A stretch of DNA of 64,000 nt from positions 194,561-258,560 of the forward strand of contig JAUYOL010000043.1 of the NCBI GenBank assembly GCA_030695905.1, given 5' to 3'. The first letter of the stretch is position 1; each line of letters begins with the position of its first letter. The position numbers and the translations under genes were made by a program. This stretch comes from Candidatus Omnitrophota bacterium (GTDB taxonomy: Bacteria > Omnitrophota > Gorgyraeia > 2-01-FULL-45-10). Below are positions 61,108 to 64,000 of the stretch, one piece after another. Below the pieces are notes generated by a model. The model searched no databases and had not been told where the DNA came from. It worked only from the letters and a program-made list of their open reading frames with translations.

Positions 61108-63167
61108 TAATCCTCCGCTTCCTCTTTTTTGGTTAATTTTGCCTTGTCTATTATGGCCTGCGCCTGGTTAGACGGCACTACTTCGTAATGCGAGAAACTC
61201 ATCGCGTAAGTTCCTCGTCCTCCTGTAATCGATTTTAATTCATTTACATACTTATACATCTCCTCCAGTGGAACCTTCGCCTTAATGGTTTGCGATCCAT
61301 CCCCCGGATCCATCCCCATGATCCTGCCGCGCCTTGAATTTAGACTGCCTGTAATATCACCCATAAACTCGTCCGGTATTACAACATCTACGTCCATTAT
61401 TGGCTCTAAAAGCACCGGCTTTGCTTTTTGCATAGACTCTTTAAATGCCTTACGCGCAGCCGTCTGGAATGCTATATCTTTTGAATCTACCGGATGGGTC
61501 TTCCCGTCATAAACTATCGCCTTCACATCGACAACCGGAAATCCCGCCAATATTCCGGACTGCAACCCCATCCTTATACCTTTTTCACAACTTACGACAA
61601 ACTGTCTCGGTATCGCACCGCCGACAACCTCATCAACAAATTGGAATCCCTCGCCCCGCGTAAGCGGCTCTATGCGCATCCACACTTCAGCAAATTGCCC
61701 TGCGCCGCCGGACTGTTTTTTATGTCGATACTGAGCGTCTCCTTTGCCCAGAATCGTTTCCTTATACGCTACCTTGGGAGTACCCATATCAACCTGCACG
61801 CCATAGCGCATCTTCATCCTGTTGATCATCATATTGATGTGCATATCGCCCATGCCGGACACTATCATCTCTTTGGTCTGTTCGTCCCTAGTAACTTTAA
61901 ATGTCGGGTCTTCCGCCATCAACTTATGAACAGCTCCGGATATTTTATCTTCATCCGACCGCGTTTTAGGCTTTAGGGAAAAAGATACCGCCGGCTCGGG
62001 AAACTTTATCTCATTAAATTTTACAGGATTTTTTTCATCTGTAATAGAATCGCCTGTATGCGTCTCTTTAAGTTTAGCTACGCATGCTATATCGCCCGCC
62101 TGCGCGGAATCCATTGAGCTCTGCGTTTTCCCCATCAGGCTGAAGATCTGACCTATCTTTTCGCGCGCGTTTCTATTGACATTGTAAAAGCCATTGTTTG
62201 ACTGAAGCTTCCCGGAAAAGACCTTAAATATTGATATCTGCCCGAGAAAAGGGTCCGACAATGTTTTAAAGACAAGCGCTGAAAACGGCCCGTTAGGATT
62301 CATCCCGATATCTACTTTATCGCCTGAATCCGGCTTAGTGGCTTCCTCTTTTGGCCTATCCAGAGGAGACGGAAAATATTCCACTATAAAATCAAGGAGT
62401 TCTTTGATGCCTATGTTACGCGTCGCGGATCCACAGAGTATAGGCGAAACATCGTCAGTATTTACGGCTTTACGCAGCGCTTTTGTAAGCTCATCGGCAG
62501 TAAGTTCGCCCTTATCGAGATACTTTTCCAGCAGCGCATCATCTGTTTCAGCTACTGTCTCGGCAAGAACATCTCCAAGCGCCTTAAAATGGGCCTTCTC
62601 CGCGTCTTCAAGCGATTCCGAACCCTTGCCTGTTATTACGCTTGCCACTGACTTAAAATCATCCTCTTTGCCTATGGGGTAATCGACGGGTATGCAGTGC
62701 TTGCGAAATTTATTCTGTATGCTGTCATAACATTTGTCATAATCTGAATGCTCTCTATCCAGCATATTTATGAAGAAGAAACACGGAACACCCTTCTCCT
62801 TCGCCATCCTGAATGCGCGCTCGGTACCTATCTCTATGCCGGCGGCGGCATTCACGACTACTATGCACGCGTCAGCTGCCCTCAAGCCCCCTATCATCTC
62901 TCCCGCGAAATCTATATATCCCGGAACATCCAGAATATTTATCTTCTTCGATTTATATAAAAAACTTATCAATGACGTGCTTGCGGAATGCTTTTTGTCT
63001 TTTTCGTCTTCGTTGTAATCAGATACCGTAGTACCGTCCTCTATCCTGCCCATTCTGGCTATAGAGCCGCCATTTAAAGCTAAGGCTTCGGCCAATAACG
63101 TCTTGCCACATCCTGAATGGCCAAGCAGAATAATATTTCTTATATCCTGACCAAAAAAGTTCGCCAT
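61107..63167 (-). CDS. elongation factor G-like translational GTPase (divergent paralog)
   Basis: 686 aa. G1 GHSGCGKT, G3 DVPGYIDF and a G4-position NMLD. EF-G domains II-V are present (C-terminal GGRGTYAMSFSHYEVVP). Confidence 0.8.
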   Translation of the reverse strand: MANFFGQDIRNIILLGHSGCGKTLLAEALALNGGSIARMGRIEDGTTVSDYNEDEKDKKHSASTSLISFLYKSKKINILDVPGYIDFAGEMIGGLRAADACIVVVNAAAGIEIGTERAFRMAKEKGVPCFFFINMLDREHSDYDKCYDSIQNKFRKHCIPVDYPIGKEDDFKSVASVITGKGSESLEDAEKAHFKALGDVLAETVAETDDALLEKYLDKGELTADELTKALRKAVNTDDVSPILCGSATRNIGIKELLDFIVEYFPSPLDRPKEEATKPDSGDKVDIGMNPNGPFSALVFKTLSDPFLGQISIFKVFSGKLQSNNGFYNVNRNAREKIGQIFSLMGKTQSSMDSAQAGDIACVAKLKETHTGDSITDEKNPVKFNEIKFPEPAVSFSLKPKTRSDEDKISGAVHKLMAEDPTFKVTRDEQTKEMIVSGMGDMHINMMINRMKMRYGVQVDMGTPKVAYKETILGKGDAQYRHKKQSGGAGQFAEVWMRIEPLTRGEGFQFVDEVVGGAIPRQFVVSCEKGIRMGLQSGILAGFPVVDVKAIVYDGKTHPVDSKDIAFQTAARKAFKESMQKAKPVLLEPIMDVDVVIPDEFMGDITGSLNSRRGRIMGMDPGDGSQTIKAKVPLEEMYKYVNELKSITGGRGTYAMSFSHYEVVPSNQAQAIIDKAKLTKKEEAED

Positions 63168-63211
63168 TTAGTCCCTCCGTGATCTGTTTTGGCTCTTGTG
63201 GTAATTATATT

Positions 63212-63239
63212 ATTATATAGAAGCACAACCATATGTCAA
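63212..63239 (-). promoter_or_regulatory. consensus sigma-70 promoter (TTGACA-16-TATAAT) about 45 nt upstream of the EF-G-like gene
   Basis: The minus strand reads ttgacatatggttgtgcttctatataat. An SD sequence ggaggg lies 8 nt before the ATG at 63167. Confidence 0.45.
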
Positions 63240-63348
63240 GGGAATTAGCCCTACTTCACCCTTCAATATACAAACAATGGTAGAGTTTCGTAGAGGCTAT
63301 TCCTGCGAAGCCCCACCTCATACTTACGAGTTGAAGGGCGAAGCAGAA

Positions 63349-64000
63349 TTAGGCCGCGAATAGCCTTTTTAGATCCTCCCTATTTAATATCTTAAGCGCC
63401 TTCCTGACATATTCCCTATTCTGTGGATTCTTATACTGCATTAAAGCCCTCTGCATCATCCTTTCGCTCGGTTTTTTAGCCACATAAACGGCTCTACCGG
63501 TAGATGGATCCATTTGCGTATGATACATAGCCCCCGATACGGTCATGGGTAACGGTATAAAATCCTGCACCTGCTCAGGATGGATATGCTTTTTCGCCAA
63601 ATATACCGCCAGCACAAGCGCGTCCTTCAAGTCCGCCCCTGGATGGCCCACAATAAAATAATTTACCAGATACTGTTTTTTACCCAGGCGCTTATTTATA
63701 TTCTCAAATTTGTCCATGAATTTTTCATAAATATCGAATTTTGGCTTATTCATCAGTTCCAAAACGGAATCGGCGCAATGTTCGGGAGCGACCTTCAATT
63801 GGCCGCTAATATGGTCGGCGCATAGTTCGCTCAGGTACTCGTCCGCATACGAGTCCGTCAAAAGGTCGAATCTGACGCCGCTGCCAACAAACACATGCTT
63901 AACTCCGGGTATCTTTTTCAACTCTTTCCACAGACGTATAGAATAATCATACCCTAACTTCAAATTTTTACATTTCTGCGGCACCATGCATTTTTTGTCG
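63349..64000 (-). CDS. C-terminal fragment of a YgiQ-like (UPF0313) radical SAM protein. The ORF continues beyond the window end
   Basis: Open frame to position 64000. The sequence ...YFIVGHPGADLKDALVLAVYLAKKHIHPEQVQDFIPLP... resembles the YgiQ C-terminal DUF3362 region. The first Met in the window is internal. Confidence 0.5.
   Translation of the reverse strand, partial: DKKCMVPQKCKNLKLGYDYSIRLWKELKKIPGVKHVFVGSGVRFDLLTDSYADEYLSELCADHISGQLKVAPEHCADSVLELMNKPKFDIYEKFMDKFENINKRLGKKQYLVNYFIVGHPGADLKDALVLAVYLAKKHIHPEQVQDFIPLPMTVSGAMYHTQMDPSTGRAVYVAKKPSERMMQRALMQYKNPQNREYVRKALKILNREDLKRLFAA

Noticed and set aside
63349-63987. Treating MVPQKC at 63987 as the gene start of the last ORF
   Set aside because: The frame stays open to the window edge at 64000 and the sequence resembles an internal or C-terminal part of YgiQ. 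The Met is internal

Overview
This 64 kb window is a bacterial chromosomal segment in which 58 of 59 predicted genes lie on the minus strand. The only plus-strand gene is a CHASE2-GGDEF cyclase at 41679..43331. The organism cannot be identified from sequence alone. Gene content on the minus strand, reading from high to low coordinates: a ygiQ-like radical SAM fragment; an EF-G-like GTPase; yebC; ruvCAB; queH; a SpoIID-like gene; queA; tgt; yajC; secDF; a CDF transporter; recJ; a c-di-GMP module (HAMP-GGDEF, two tandem paralogous beta-helix secreted proteins, CHASE2-GGDEF); a BNR/Asp-box protein; polA; glgA; coaE; rho; rpmE; prfA; prmC; murA; rpsP; trmD; rplS; rnhB. Next comes a 2498-aa single ORF at 21091..28587 that combines a GT35 phosphorylase-like module, a GH13-like module, a GT9-like module and a sigma-70 region-4-like HTH. 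Its apparent PLP-lysine and GH13 nucleophile positions are substituted. This ORF, the orphan response regulator immediately after it, and the complete 8-gene Bat aerotolerance operon (moxR, DUF58, DUF4381-like, batA to batE) may form one roughly 17 kb transcription unit. This is the strongest candidate for an undescribed system in the window. Further downstream are gpsA; tRNA-Pro(GGG); a threonine operon (hom, thrC, iPGM-like putative homoserine kinase, lysC); cimA; a lipoprotein; an ACT protein; valS; a small EF-hand-like secreted protein; and partial nadC. Other observations: a short AGCTT-rich palindromic element recurring at three operon-internal junctions; two near-consensus sigma-70 promoters; a possible leaderless transcript; a long low-complexity K/Q/E tract in BatC; and a divergent EF-G paralog. 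No CRISPR array, integrase, transposase or obvious prophage was seen. All domain calls rest on by-eye motif matching. Hand-derived coordinates for non-ORF features may be off by 1-2 nt.
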